Source: Octopus bimaculoides
Taxonomy: Eukaryota
NCBI RefSeq assembly: GCF_001194135.2
Contig: NC_069008.1
Location: 14,270,227-14,334,226 of the forward strand
Reading direction: 5' to 3'
DNA: 64,000 nt
Shown: one piece after another, positions 63,406-64,000 of the stretch
Numbering within the stretch: the first letter of the stretch is position 1
Layout of the letters: each line of letters starts with the position of its first letter
Program-made: the position numbers and the translations under genes
Notes under the pieces: generated by a model
Told to the model about the DNA's origin: nothing
Databases searched by the model: none
The model's input: the letters and a program-made list of their open reading frames with translations, nothing else

Positions 63406-64000
63406 AATGTATTTGTGTTAGTGGTGCGTGTGTGTTTGAGAAAGAGTATGCGACGTTAGCTGCGACTTCAACAGATGGCGAAGAGTAAACGGGTGATGTT
63501 TATAGAGAGAGAGTAAATTTAGAGAAGATAGATAGCTTAGAAGTAGTAGACAGAGGGAGAGAGAGAGTATTAGATAAAGCGAATGACAGACAACTTGAGT
63601 AGGTAGGGGGTGAGGAATAGAATAGCAGAGACGAAGAAAGAGAGGGAGAGTGGGGAGAGAAGGAGAGAGAATGAGGACAGCGTTACAGTTTGGTGAGAGC
63701 ACTGGAGAGTAATCGACTTTATTAACTGGAGAGGAAGGCTGATTGAGAGAAGCAACAGACGAGGAAATGATAATGCGAGAGAGAGAGTGGGGGGGAGAGT
63801 GAGGAAGAAAAGGAAAAAGCATAGAGTAGGGTGCAGTGGTTGAGAGAGGAAAAGGGAGAGGGAGAGAGGAGAGAGTGAGAGAGAGAGAGAACAAGCTATG
63901 GAGGTTTAGAAAGAGTGAGAGAGAGAGAGAACATGAGGGAGTGAGAAATAGAAGCTAAAGGCTTAGAGTGATATCGAGAGACAGAGCCAGTTTAGACTGA

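Noticed and set aside
5027-63406. Long ORFs made of X, YI, HT, poly-D/M/I/N/L or RE/LS repeats
   Set aside because: These are translations of N-gaps and microsatellites, with no coding signal.

Overview
Repeat-dense, AT-rich animal genomic DNA with about 22 N-gaps totalling roughly 9.8 kb, most of them flanked by (TA)n, (AAT)n, (GAT)n or (GA)n microsatellites. The repeat make-up suggests an octopus genome (inference; no search run). The only host coding sequence I can support is two minus-strand exons (56033-56143 and 41484-41612). They splice in phase 0 into the first 80 aa of an AMPK/SNF1-related (HUNK-like) Ser/Thr kinase; later exons were not found. The rest is intronic or intergenic: several tRNA-derived SINE families (some nested, with TSDs), 3' remnants of RTE, CR1/L2-like, HERO/NeSL-like and R4/Dong-like retrotransposons, hAT, piggyBac-like and Helentron-like non-autonomous elements, a Tc1/mariner remnant and a Penelope-like (PLE) GIY-YIG remnant. 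The most notable signal is three families of minimal type-I hammerhead ribozyme motifs, all inside fold-back (inverted-repeat) structures. One family has a tRNA-derived Pol III head joined through (AAT)n to a hammerhead-bearing tail (6.3-7.0 kb and 51.6-51.9 kb). Second, (AAT)n tracts host a cluster of divergent R4/Dong-like 3' ends and a ~555 bp fixed-ended element with no TIRs and no coding capacity. Nearly all long ORFs in the supplied track are microsatellite or N-gap artefacts.
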